From a virus: a stretch of 64,000 bases of DNA. A program made the translations under genes and the position numbers. The notes beneath the pieces were generated by a model. That model saw only the letters and a list, made by a program, of their open reading frames with translations, ran no database searches and was not told the DNA's origin. The stretch spans positions 64,001 to 128,000 of the IMG/VR virus record IMGVR_UViG_3300043449_002688; one strand, written 5' to 3'. Positions 10,069-19,353 of the stretch are shown in pieces; within the stretch, counting starts at the first letter, position 1, and each line of letters opens with the position of its first letter.

Positions 10069-13000
10069 TTAATCTTCAAATAAGCTGTCTACGTCAGCGT
10101 TATCAGTATAGCCATTAACATAATTAATGGCAGTTCTTTGCTGAGCCGTTAAAACGCCCTTAAACCAAGACTCATAAATACGGCAATTATTTGCTTCGAC
10201 TCTAATACCAGTAACATTTGCTGCCGAAATAAAGGTAGAACCATCAGCAAAAATAGAAGTAAATTTACTAAGTCCAGTTGTAGATTTATAGCTTATAAAT
10301 GCTCCACCTAAAAGTATATTTAAAGCATTTTCTAATACTGGATTGCCACTTCCAGCTTGAAAAGCAATAGCGCTTAAAGTTGATGCAATTTTATTTCCAT
10401 CAACTGCATTAATCATAAAAGAATTGTCGGCATTTGTATCGCTAGAAATTCTAGCCAAACGGTTTCTACCTGTTGCACCACCATAATTTGTAAATGCCCC
10501 GCCGACATAAATATTGTTGCTTGAATCAGCAGCAATAGTTCGAACAGAGCCATTAAATTTGTTATCATAAGTATTAACAGGCGTAAGAGAAATTAGATCT
10601 AAGGCAGTAAAGTAACTTCGAGTAGAAACTCCACCAAAGTTAGTAAAATCTCCGCCAATTAAAAGTTTATTATCAGCTATTTTCAAAGACCTAATTGTAT
10701 TATTAACTGCCCCCACTAATGAAGGTTGTTCTGTAGAAAAGGTTCCATCACTTTTAAGAGCCAACAGCTTGCTATTGTTGGCAGCTCTATAATTAGTAAA
10801 ATCTCCACCAATAAAAAGATCAGAGCTAGGACTAGTTGTTTTAGTTAAAATAGAAAAAATAGAATTATTAAAAGCGCCTTCGCTAGAAAAACTATAAGTT
10901 GTTGACAAAACAGAACCAATATTACCAGCATTAACATGAATAAAGCTTTGAGCCATCGAAGTAGTGATAGAAGAATTGGCCTGTATTCTTGTAGTAAAAA
11001 TAGTTCTTAAACTATTTCCTAAAATTAAATATCTTAATCCATTTGTATCGCTAATAATTAAATTATCGGTCGAAACATCTCTGCTAATTCTATCAGGAGA
11101 TGAAAAAGTAGCCGTTCCAAGTCCAGGAATATTATCTACCAAATTTCCATCTTGCCAAGAGCTTTGTCCATTGCCCGCCAACCAACCAGCAACTCCAGTT
11201 CCACTAGCAGGTACGGTTACTGTCCTAATCCGATTGTTAGTTTTGTCGGCTACATATAGAGTGCTTTCGTTTTGGCTTAAGCAAACATCGTAAGGGCCAT
11301 TAAATTGATAAATAGGGGCAGTAGAGCCTCCATTTGTATAACCAGAGGTACTCCCAGCAAGCAAACTAACTGTGCTAGTAGCTGCAGTAGCTCCAATTAA
11401 TATTCTTCTAATTCGATTATTAAATGTATCAGCAATATATAGCTTAGCATTTGCAGAATCTATACAAATTCCATAAGGTTCCTTAAAGGTAGCAACGTTC
11501 CCTGCTCCATCGGCATATACAACACTTCCAGTTCCTGCAATCAAACTAGTTGTTGTAGTTCCATCAGTTGGAACTTTTCTAATTCTATGGTTTGCTGTAT
11601 CAGCGACATATAAATTAGTGTTAGTTGAATCTATACAAATACCACTAGCAAAATTAAATCTTGCAGAAGAACCTATGCCTTCTTGATATGTAGGTGAATT
11701 TGTTACACCAGGTGCTCGTCCGGCCAAAGTAGAAACAACGCCGGAAGAAATAATTACCTTTCTAATAACACTATTTCCTGAATCGGCAACATATAAGTTA
11801 GTTCCGGTAGAATCTATACAAATGTCCCAAATATCGCCAAATCTTGCAGAAGATCCGGTAGCATTTATATAATCAATAGCTCCAATTTCTCCAGCTAAAA
11901 CAGAGCAGGTTCCATATTTTGTCATTTTTAAAATAGCATTTGGTGTTGCAATAAATAAAGATCCGTCTACCGGACTTCTAATTGCTTTTCTAATAGTGTT
12001 ATTTACAGTGCTAAAGCTATCGGGATATATATGAGTAAATCTTCCGCCGACATAAGCAGTTCCATCGCTCAATGTAGAAATTGCATTAATAATATTGCTA
12101 GGAGTAAGTTGTATGCCTGCTGCAGTAGTAGTTATAAATGGTTTTATTTTATAAGATACGCTAGCATTAAATGTGCTATTAGGAACACCTGTAGTAGAAA
12201 TTTTAATTAAATAATCTGATGCATTTATACCGTTATAATTAGTAAAATCTCCACCAACTAAAATATTATTTGTTGAGTCCAAAGCTAGTTTAGTAACTTG
12301 GCCATTTAATTTATTATCTACCGCATTTTGGCAAAATACTGTATCTAAAGTACCGTTTGCGTTAAATTTAACTAAAAAACTTCTTCCAATTGTGCCGTTG
12401 TAATCAGTAAAAGATCCGCCAACTACAACTGAACCATCTAATAAAGGCAAAATATCGTTTACTGTTCCATTTGCAAATTTATTACTAATAGAAGAATTAG
12501 CATTGTAAGTAGTCATTAAATCCACTGCAGGCCGATCTTCAGAATCAACAACATTTATAAACACGTTTCTGACTTTAGCTCGTTTACCTCCATTCATGTG
12601 AATAGCATTTCCAGTCCAATCAGATGCTGTAATAATAGAAAAATCTTTTAATTCTGCATTTTCTTGCAATTCAAAACTACCACCATTTAGCAAAGTTATG
12701 GCAGTTTTTTTGCCTCGACCTAAAATAGTAATATTTGGTCCTACAGTTATTTTTTCGTCAATATTAAAAGGTTGTGCAGGATCTTTCACTAAAAGAATAA
12801 CGCCGCCGCCAACTCCGTTTAGGTTTGCAATCGCAGTTTTTAATCCCAATTGGCTTTCAACGAAATATTCAGGAATAGGAGTAATGCCATCGGTTAATAC
12901 AGCGCCAAGAGGCGATTCAGTATTTGCAGGCCAAGTAATTCCATGTGGAATCCAATGAATACTAGAGCCGCTTCTGTAAGCCACAGGAATATAATAAGTA

Positions 13001-13524
13001 GTAGATGTACTGCCATTAACTGGACTTACCAACTGAGGCATTCCGCCAGTTGTTGAATTTATTTTTCTTAAAGTTTTACCGAAAACACTAGAATTGCCGC
13101 CTACGCCATTTTCAATAATTATATTGTTAGATGTTAAATTTGCTGGATCAATTTCTAAATAAATCAATTCATTATCGGCTAAACTAATTGAATTAAATTC
13201 CGTGGTAGTATTTGCAGTTCCACCAATCATTTGCAAAGAAATTTTTCTATGCGTAGCATGGTCTGTTTGAAGAATATCAACAACCATATTAATACCAACG
13301 CCTAATTTAATATTACCTAAAGCATCCCAATTAACTGAACCAGTAGATCTTAAAAAGAAATTTTGCCTTCTTAAAAGATCGGCAGTAACTTTTAAAAGCT
13401 GTTCTGTAACTCTAAGCGCTGAGTCGTGAATAGGGGAATCCAACAAAGGTGAGGGAGTATCCATAGAAATTTCAGAAAGCTTAGTGCTGCCAATATTTGT
13501 TGGAGTTGGATTTTTATAACTCAT
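10069..13524 (-). CDS. receptor-binding protein with Delta-60-type and NHL beta-propeller repeats
   Basis: Seven xxGGxF repeats, six LY(V/I)AD..N.RIR-type NHL repeats, beta-helix-like segments flanking them. Confidence 0.75.
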   Translation of the reverse strand: MSYKNPTPTNIGSTKLSEISMDTPSPLLDSPIHDSALRVTEQLLKVTADLLRRQNFFLRSTGSVNWDALGNIKLGVGINMVVDILQTDHATHRKISLQMIGGTANTTTEFNSISLADNELIYLEIDPANLTSNNIIIENGVGGNSSVFGKTLRKINSTTGGMPQLVSPVNGSTSTTYYIPVAYRSGSSIHWIPHGITWPANTESPLGAVLTDGITPIPEYFVESQLGLKTAIANLNGVGGGVILLVKDPAQPFNIDEKITVGPNITILGRGKKTAITLLNGGSFELQENAELKDFSIITASDWTGNAIHMNGGKRAKVRNVFINVVDSEDRPAVDLMTTYNANSSISNKFANGTVNDILPLLDGSVVVGGSFTDYNGTIGRSFLVKFNANGTLDTVFCQNAVDNKLNGQVTKLALDSTNNILVGGDFTNYNGINASDYLIKISTTGVPNSTFNASVSYKIKPFITTTAAGIQLTPSNIINAISTLSDGTAYVGGRFTHIYPDSFSTVNNTIRKAIRSPVDGSLFIATPNAILKMTKYGTCSVLAGEIGAIDYINATGSSARFGDIWDICIDSTGTNLYVADSGNSVIRKVIISSGVVSTLAGRAPGVTNSPTYQEGIGSSARFNFASGICIDSTNTNLYVADTANHRIRKVPTDGTTTTSLIAGTGSVVYADGAGNVATFKEPYGICIDSANAKLYIADTFNNRIRRILIGATAATSTVSLLAGSTSGYTNGGSTAPIYQFNGPYDVCLSQNESTLYVADKTNNRIRTVTVPASGTGVAGWLAGNGQSSWQDGNLVDNIPGLGTATFSSPDRISRDVSTDNLIISDTNGLRYLILGNSLRTIFTTRIQANSSITTSMAQSFIHVNAGNIGSVLSTTYSFSSEGAFNNSIFSILTKTTSPSSDLFIGGDFTNYRAANNSKLLALKSDGTFSTEQPSLVGAVNNTIRSLKIADNKLLIGGDFTNFGGVSTRSYFTALDLISLTPVNTYDNKFNGSVRTIAADSSNNIYVGGAFTNYGGATGRNRLARISSDTNADNSFMINAVDGNKIASTLSAIAFQAGSGNPVLENALNILLGGAFISYKSTTGLSKFTSIFADGSTFISAANVTGIRVEANNCRIYESWFKGVLTAQQRTAINYVNGYTDNADVDSLFED

Positions 13525-13709
13525 TATTCTTCCCTCTTACCACATTTACATTTTTTATTTTGACAAAAATTTAATTCTTTTTTAGGTTCAGTATTTAATA
13601 TTAAACTAGGAATTGAACGTAAAGCCTCTAGCTCTTTAATTCTTAAATCTTTTAATTCTAAAAGTTTTGTTAATTCAACTATTTGTTCTCTTAAAAGATG
13701 CTCATTCAT
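13524..13709 (-). CDS. hypothetical protein, coiled coil with Cys-rich tail
   Basis: Stop overlaps next start; CQNKKCKC tail. Confidence 0.5.
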   Translation of the reverse strand: MNEHLLREQIVELTKLLELKDLRIKELEALRSIPSLILNTEPKKELNFCQNKKCKCGKREE

Positions 13710-13712
13710 AGA

Positions 13713-14360
13713 TTAACCCCATTTTTTTAGTAAATAAGTAAAGGTTATCAATTCGTTTTCTAAGTCAGAGGTATATTGCAGTTCTACTGTTCCAGCGTTA
13801 ATCACAGGAGTAATCCATACATTAACATCATTTCCAATTTCCATAAATTCATGGTCGTAACTTAACCCTAAGTTACCATCGTTTAATATATTCATACTTC
13901 CGGCTCTTTTACGAACTTCACCGCTACCTCTTTTTATTGTGTATTCTAATTTAGAATAATAAGAAGTGTTTCCGATAAAAGTTATTGCAGGCGTAGGGGT
14001 CGTTTGGCCATCTACTAGATTAACAGTTATAGTATTTTCTTTATAAGCTTCCCAGATTCCATTAATTCTTTGTAGAATATTTGAACTAATGCCATCAAAA
14101 GAAAGACAGATATCTCCGTCTTTTACGTTTTTATAAACAAGTTGCCAATTAGCATTTGTAATGGCAGGAACTGAATTAAAATTTGAAGTAACGCATCTCC
14201 AGATAGAATTAGAATATTCTACTGTTTTATCTGGGGTATAAGTTTCAGTTGAAGACCAACTTGAGACGTTTCCTGCTGAGGAAAACACAACTAAAGACCT
14301 TAAATGGTCGGGCAAAGCCCCTATCCCAAGCGATAAAGCTTCCGTTTTTTGTACAGCCAT
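13713..14360 (-). CDS. virion protein with CBM5/12-like module and shared C-terminal module
   Basis: WSSTETYTPDKTVEYSNSIWRC...W carbohydrate-binding-like motif; ATG at 14360 preceded by AGAGGG. Confidence 0.6.
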   Translation of the reverse strand: MAVQKTEALSLGIGALPDHLRSLVVFSSAGNVSSWSSTETYTPDKTVEYSNSIWRCVTSNFNSVPAITNANWQLVYKNVKDGDICLSFDGISSNILQRINGIWEAYKENTITVNLVDGQTTPTPAITFIGNTSYYSKLEYTIKRGSGEVRKRAGSMNILNDGNLGLSYDHEFMEIGNDVNVWITPVINAGTVELQYTSDLENELITFTYLLKKWG

Positions 14361-14380
14361 AAATAACCCTCTATGCAAAA

Positions 14381-14389
14381 AAGATTAGG
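14381..14389 (-). promoter_or_regulatory. putative late promoter motif CCTAATCTT
   Basis: About 21 nt upstream of ATG 14360 at the head of a structural operon. Confidence 0.65.
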
Positions 14390-14463
14390 ATTTCATATAA
14401 TTAATCGATTTTATTTGAAATTATCAAAAAAATATTTTACAATTTAATAAATACGGAGGAAGA

Positions 14464-15072
14464 ATGCTAACGGCAATTGGCGATGTAATGCGAAAATGTT
14501 ACGAAAAAGGCTGGATTACTACCAGAGATGGGAATGTAAGTCTGCGAAAAAAGGGAAGTAATTTCCTTTACATTACTCCATCCGGCGTAAGAAAAAATAA
14601 GATTGAAGTTGAAAATATTGTAAAAATAAAAATTGAAAACAACAAATTAGTTATACCTGACGGTAAAACTCCATCAGGCGAACTTCACATGCATTGGCTT
14701 TTACAGTCTGTAAATAATACACAAACCAGAGCAGTTTTGCATGTTCACGCCACAAATATCGTAGCGGCAATGTATGCGGGCTGGAGCTTAATGGAAATTG
14801 CTATGTTTTTTCCAGAAGTTAATAGATACACCAAAGTTGGACCAAATGTGCCTGCTTTACCTGCAACTTCAAAAGAATTAGGGGATGCTACTTTTCAAGC
14901 AATGACCCAATTTAATCCTACAGATTCAAGTATATCTATTACTTATGATATAGTTGGTCAGGCTTATCACGGCGTATGTGCGATAGCTAGACATCCTTGG
15001 GAAGCTTACGAACATGTAGAAAGATTAGATCATATTTGTGAAATAGTATTAAAAAGTGGAGTTAAGCCGTGA
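14464..15072 (+). CDS. class II aldolase/adducin family protein (FucA/MtnB-like)
   Basis: DGNVS, ITPSG, PSGELHMH, VLHVHA, HGV metal-binding motifs. Confidence 0.9.
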   Translation: MLTAIGDVMRKCYEKGWITTRDGNVSLRKKGSNFLYITPSGVRKNKIEVENIVKIKIENNKLVIPDGKTPSGELHMHWLLQSVNNTQTRAVLHVHATNIVAAMYAGWSLMEIAMFFPEVNRYTKVGPNVPALPATSKELGDATFQAMTQFNPTDSSISITYDIVGQAYHGVCAIARHPWEAYEHVERLDHICEIVLKSGVKP

Positions 15073-15542
15073 AAAAAGCCATTGGATTAAGCTTTGCTAT
15101 ACATTTAATGGTATTTTTATTTTTGGGATTAGAGTTCTCTAAAAAAGAATTACAGCAGCAAATTCCTGAAAATAATACAAAACCTGATTTGGTCGTCGAA
15201 GTAGTGGAAAAGCCTAAAAGCTCTGAATCGAAATCAGAAACAAATATTATCAGTAACGATGAAGTTCCTATTCCAAAAAAAGATTCTGAAGATAGTTCCT
15301 GCGATTCTTATTATGGCGGAATTGGTATTTCTCAAGACTATAGAACAGGAATGCTAACAGAAATTTTTAATGGTTATGCTGCCGAACGAGCTGGACTTTT
15401 AGTTGGAGATATAGTTAGGTCGGTTACAGGCGAAGAGATTCGCGGTGAAGTTGGAACTGTTTTAGAGTTAAAAGTCTACAGAAACGATCAAGTTTTTTCT
15501 TTAAGTTTGACAAGAGAAAAAATTTGCTATAACAATATCTAA
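15069..15542 (+). CDS. membrane-anchored PDZ domain protein
   Basis: N-terminal TM with SxxxH, charged linker, YGGIGI...AAERAGLLVGD...IRGEVGT.L.L.V.R PDZ signature. Confidence 0.8.
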   Translation: MKKAIGLSFAIHLMVFLFLGLEFSKKELQQQIPENNTKPDLVVEVVEKPKSSESKSETNIISNDEVPIPKKDSEDSSCDSYYGGIGISQDYRTGMLTEIFNGYAAERAGLLVGDIVRSVTGEEIRGEVGTVLELKVYRNDQVFSLSLTREKICYNNI

Positions 15543-15553
15543 AAGAGGATTTT

Positions 15554-15835
15554 ATGCATAAAAATGGGGATAGAGTAGAACTTTGCCAAACTATTGTTGG
15601 AAAATATAGTGATGGTAAATATAAAATTAGGCTTGGAACGAATGTTTTTGTTGATGCAGAAGAAAAAGATTTACTGCCTATTGTAAAGAAAAAAGGAACT
15701 GATTTAGCAAAACCAACAGCAATCATTACAGTTGGGGTAATGGGGCTGTTTAGCTCTTTATATTTTGAATCTTTTGAGCCTGTACTTATTTTTGCACTAA
15801 TAGTGTTATACATAGCGTCTATTTCTAAAAAATAG
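15554..15835 (+). CDS. hypothetical protein with two C-terminal TM helices
   Basis: GAGG RBS; hydrophobic C-terminus. Confidence 0.6.
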   Translation: MHKNGDRVELCQTIVGKYSDGKYKIRLGTNVFVDAEEKDLLPIVKKKGTDLAKPTAIITVGVMGLFSSLYFESFEPVLIFALIVLYIASISKK

Positions 15836-15860
15836 TTAATACCACGATTAAGGTAATTTA

Positions 15861-16088
15861 ATGAAGCGAAGCGAAATGGTCCAAGCAATTGCGAGTCAGA
15901 TTATTATTGTTTTAAATGACAATTTTGATGATATTAATGTAGATTGGCAAAAAGCTACAGATATGGCTGATCATATGCTTCGTAATTTAGAGCTGCAAAA
16001 AATCATTATACCTCCTCCTGTCCATTCTTTAACCGTTAACGGCATTTCTCTTAATGGAAAAAATATTTGGGAGCCTGAAGACCTCTAA
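15861..16088 (+). CDS. MKRSEM-family paralogue 1
   Basis: MKRSEM start, PP, NIWEPED end. Confidence 0.75.
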   Translation: MKRSEMVQAIASQIIIVLNDNFDDINVDWQKATDMADHMLRNLELQKIIIPPPVHSLTVNGISLNGKNIWEPEDL

Positions 16089-16099
16089 AAGGAGGCTAT

Positions 16100-16957
16100 A
16101 TGCCTAAGCTTGAGCTTGTTAAAGATAGTGGGATTAAAACCGTCAATATGACTGGCGCTAACTGGAGCGAACTAATTGTCGAATCTTTTAAAAAAAGTGG
16201 TTTTGCAGTTATAACAAATCATGGCATTGATATGCAAAAGGTCAACGACCTTTATGATCAATGGAAAGTTTTCTTTGATTCTGATAAAAAATATGATAAA
16301 AAAACTGTTGATGGAGTTAAAGGATTTTTTCCTTTTAAAAGTGAAAATGCAAAAGGAAATCCAGTTAAAGATTTGAAAGAATTTTACCACGCTTTTTATC
16401 CTTTTAAAAATTTACCAGATGGCATTAGTGAATACTTAACTTTTAACGTAACAGAAGATTTACTTGGTATCGCAAGGCACATTTTATTTATTCTTCAACC
16501 TCATATACCAAAACATCTAGTTGATATTCAAAACGAACCTTTACATAAAATGGCTAGAGGTTCAAATAGCACTTTGCTTAGAATTCTACATTATCCGCCA
16601 GTAATTGAAATGGAAAAAGGAGCTGTTCGAGCCGCCGCCCATGAAGATATTAATTTAATTACTCTGCTTCCTTCTGCAACTCAACCAGGACTAGAGGTAT
16701 TAGATTTGGAAGGTAATTGGCATAAGGTGGAATGTGATCCTGGTTCAATTGTAATTAATGTCGGAGATATGCTGCAGGAAGCCAGCGGAGGGCTTTTTAA
16801 AAGCACAACTCACAGGGTAGTTAATCCAAGTTCAGAAAATATTTCTAGATATTCCATGCCGCTATTTGTCCATCCTAAGCCAAATTCTGTTTTAAGTAAA
16901 AAATATACTGCTGACCAATACCTCAATGAAAGACTAAAGGAAATTGGACTAAAATGA
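16100..16957 (+). CDS. 2-oxoglutarate/Fe(II) oxygenase, isopenicillin-N-synthase-like family
   Basis: GFAVITNHGI, LRILHYPP, HED (HxD), NVGDMLQ, HRV, RYS motifs. Confidence 0.93.
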   Translation: MPKLELVKDSGIKTVNMTGANWSELIVESFKKSGFAVITNHGIDMQKVNDLYDQWKVFFDSDKKYDKKTVDGVKGFFPFKSENAKGNPVKDLKEFYHAFYPFKNLPDGISEYLTFNVTEDLLGIARHILFILQPHIPKHLVDIQNEPLHKMARGSNSTLLRILHYPPVIEMEKGAVRAAAHEDINLITLLPSATQPGLEVLDLEGNWHKVECDPGSIVINVGDMLQEASGGLFKSTTHRVVNPSSENISRYSMPLFVHPKPNSVLSKKYTADQYLNERLKEIGLK

Positions 16958-17163
16958 AAAAAAGCGAAATGGTCAAAATCATTGAAAAAGTAATTAAAAG
17001 TAATGAATTTAGTGTAAGCAAAAAATTAGGTTTTATTAAAAAAAGATCGGATGTAGCTTTAGATATTTTAAAAGCTATAGAAGCTGCTGGAATGCTACCT
17101 CCGACTAAAGCTTTAACGAAAGATAATAAAGAAGTTCTTGTAGCCGTTTGGGAAAAAGAATAA
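16954..17163 (+). CDS. MKRSEM-family paralogue 2
   Basis: MKKSEM start, IEAAGMLPP, VWEKE end. Confidence 0.7.
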   Translation: MKKSEMVKIIEKVIKSNEFSVSKKLGFIKKRSDVALDILKAIEAAGMLPPTKALTKDNKEVLVAVWEKE

Positions 17164-17295
17164 AGGATCATATGAATTTATTAAAATATTTAAGTGCTGT
17201 AGCTTTTACTGGAATTATTGCTTATTTTTTTGTTTTACTAGTTCTTGGTATTGGATGGAGTTTTTCTTATAGCTGCTTCTGTTTAAGGAGTTTAA

Positions 17296-17499
17296 ATGAG
17301 CGTAATTAAAAAACCAAAGCCCCTAAAACTTGTTAATCCTGCTTTTGGGGAAGGGCAAAAACTGTGCGTGAAACAATATGATACAGGCTATTACGTTTAT
17401 TTGAATTATCAAGAAATTCCTTTTAATGATTTGGATGCTGTGATAGACTGGTTAAACCAAGTACGGGAGTGGTCAAAGGCAGGGAAGCCTAATAATTAA
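17296..17499 (+). CDS. hypothetical protein
   Basis: AGGAG RBS, ATG. Confidence 0.6.
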   Translation: MSVIKKPKPLKLVNPAFGEGQKLCVKQYDTGYYVYLNYQEIPFNDLDAVIDWLNQVREWSKAGKPNN

Positions 17500-17523
17500 C
17501 CTTAACCCTTGAAAGGGGTTTTT

Positions 17524-18051
17524 ATGGTTAAAATTATTGTTATCCTCATTCTGAGCTTTTTGACTACATCTTGTGGCCAGCTTTTAAATCAAGATCCGCG
17601 AAGATTTACTTCACTTGATCCTACATTTAAACCTCAACTAGAAGTATTTGAATCTTTGTATGGCAGACCTGTTTACGATATTGCCATTGGGTTTGCAGAC
17701 CTTCAAGAGCCTAAAGTAGGTCTCTGTATTCAATGGTCTAGCGGCCATTGGGAAATTCATATTGATAAAAAATATTGGGCTAGAGCAACTCCAGAAGCAA
17801 GATTGGGACTTGTTTTGCATGAACTTGGCCATTGTGTCCTAAAAAGAGACCATGTTTCTAAGCGAAAATATTACGAAGGACAGCATGTACTTGGAGAAAT
17901 CCCAGTTAGCCTAATGTATCCTTATAATTTTTATTCTTATAGCTTTTCAGAACTTGAATCTTATTATCTAAAAGAATTGTTTAATCCATCAAGTTCTGGT
18001 AAATTTGAAGATAATGTTACTCAAAAAACTTATGAGTGCGATGAACATTAA
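17524..18051 (+). CDS. lipoprotein zinc metallopeptidase (metzincin-like)
   Basis: Signal peptide with lipobox LTTSC; HELGHCVLKRDH; SLMYP Met-turn. Confidence 0.8.
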   Translation: MVKIIVILILSFLTTSCGQLLNQDPRRFTSLDPTFKPQLEVFESLYGRPVYDIAIGFADLQEPKVGLCIQWSSGHWEIHIDKKYWARATPEARLGLVLHELGHCVLKRDHVSKRKYYEGQHVLGEIPVSLMYPYNFYSYSFSELESYYLKELFNPSSSGKFEDNVTQKTYECDEH

Positions 18052-18065
18052 TATAAGAGGGTAGA

Positions 18066-18320
18066 ATGAAACAACTGTTTTTAACCATAACCGCATTAAT
18101 TGTTTTTTATCTTTGGTCTTTAAATTCTATAATGAAAACAGCTACTATGACTATTAATTCTCAAAATTACACCATGATAGAAATTGCAAAAAATTCTTAT
18201 TCAGCAGGATGCTTAACAGAAAGGTTTCCGCAAGAAAGCAGAGAAAATCAGGTTATTCGTTGTAAAGTTTTTGCTAAACATTATTCAGATCAAATTAAAC
18301 AAATTATGGGAATGGAATAA
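18066..18320 (+). CDS. hypothetical membrane-anchored protein
   Basis: N-terminal TM, two Cys. Confidence 0.55.
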   Translation: MKQLFLTITALIVFYLWSLNSIMKTATMTINSQNYTMIEIAKNSYSAGCLTERFPQESRENQVIRCKVFAKHYSDQIKQIMGME

Positions 18321-18321
18321 T

Positions 18322-18834
18322 ATGACTTTTAATGAATTCGCTCAACAATATCGCCCAGCGATGGTTAAGTTTGCAAACTCTTATAATCTTTCACAGTTTG
18401 AAAAAGATGAAGTTATTCAAAAAGGGCTAATTCATTTAATGTTTAATTGGCAAAAAGTTGATCTTAATAAAAATTTAAATGCATTATGCAAAACAGTAGT
18501 CATGCATCATGTAAAAATGGAAACAAGAGGTAGTCGGTCAAAATATTTTGATTCCCAGATTTATATTGACCAAGAATATGGCGAAGATGAATTAACTTTT
18601 GAAATCCCAACTGAAGCAACTCAAGAAGAAGACGTTGAATCTCAGCAGGTAAACAAAAACCTTAATAAGGCTTTAGGAAAAATGTCAAAAGACTACCCTG
18701 AGCATGTTACTGTTATTAGGCAAACTCTTGAAGGAAAACCTTTAGTTGATATTGCAAAAGACTTAAAAATGGAATATGATAAGACTAAAGATCTTTTAAG
18801 ATATGGCATAGTTGTTTTAAAAAAACAAAAATAA
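18322..18834 (+). CDS. ECF/sigma70-like RNA polymerase sigma factor
   Basis: Region-2-like FNEFAQQY...DEVIQKGLI.L and region-4-like EGKPLVDIAKDLKM....K..L..G...LK; about 170 aa. Confidence 0.7.
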   Translation: MTFNEFAQQYRPAMVKFANSYNLSQFEKDEVIQKGLIHLMFNWQKVDLNKNLNALCKTVVMHHVKMETRGSRSKYFDSQIYIDQEYGEDELTFEIPTEATQEEDVESQQVNKNLNKALGKMSKDYPEHVTVIRQTLEGKPLVDIAKDLKMEYDKTKDLLRYGIVVLKKQK

Positions 18835-18859
18835 CTAAGCTTTTTTTTGAATTTAGTGC

Positions 18860-18932
18860 TGGGTTGTAGCCAAGTTGGTAAGGCAGCACACTGTTAATGT
18901 GCCCACCGCAGGTTCGAATCCTGCCAGCCCAG
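18860..18932 (+). tRNA. tRNA-Asn (GTT), no encoded CCA
   Basis: Acceptor TGGGTTG/CAGCCCA, anticodon arm GCACA-CTGTTAA-TGTGC, T arm GCAGG-TTCGAAT-CCTGC, discriminator G. Confidence 0.9.
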
Positions 18933-18966
18933 CAGTAAATTCACTGTTTTTAAAAGAAAGTTTAAT

Positions 18967-19344
18967 ATGCTTGTAAGAGCAAAAACTTTAGCACAAAAAA
19001 TCAGTCAAAAATCTGACCATCCTGCATTTAAAATGGGAGCTTGTGTTTATTACAAAAACCATATTTTATCGGCAGGGTTTAACAGCTCTAAGACTCACCC
19101 TTTAGTTAAACATTATTCCCCATACAAAACCCTTCATGCAGAAATGCATGCTATCATAAGAGCTGGCTTAAATAATGTAAAAGGTACAAGCATAGTCGTA
19201 TATCGTTCTTTAAAATCAGGACAAATGGCAATGGCAAGACCTTGCCCAATTTGTTTGAAAATAATGAAACAATATGGGATAATGAGTGTAACTTATACTA
19301 CAGAAAATGGATGGAAAACAGAGTTTGTTAACGAAATGGAATAA
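18967..19344 (+). CDS. zinc-dependent cytidine/dCMP deaminase-fold protein
   Basis: HAEMHAI and RPCPIC motifs. Confidence 0.85.
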   Translation: MLVRAKTLAQKISQKSDHPAFKMGACVYYKNHILSAGFNSSKTHPLVKHYSPYKTLHAEMHAIIRAGLNNVKGTSIVVYRSLKSGQMAMARPCPICLKIMKQYGIMSVTYTTENGWKTEFVNEME

Positions 19345-19353
19345 GGAGTTTTT

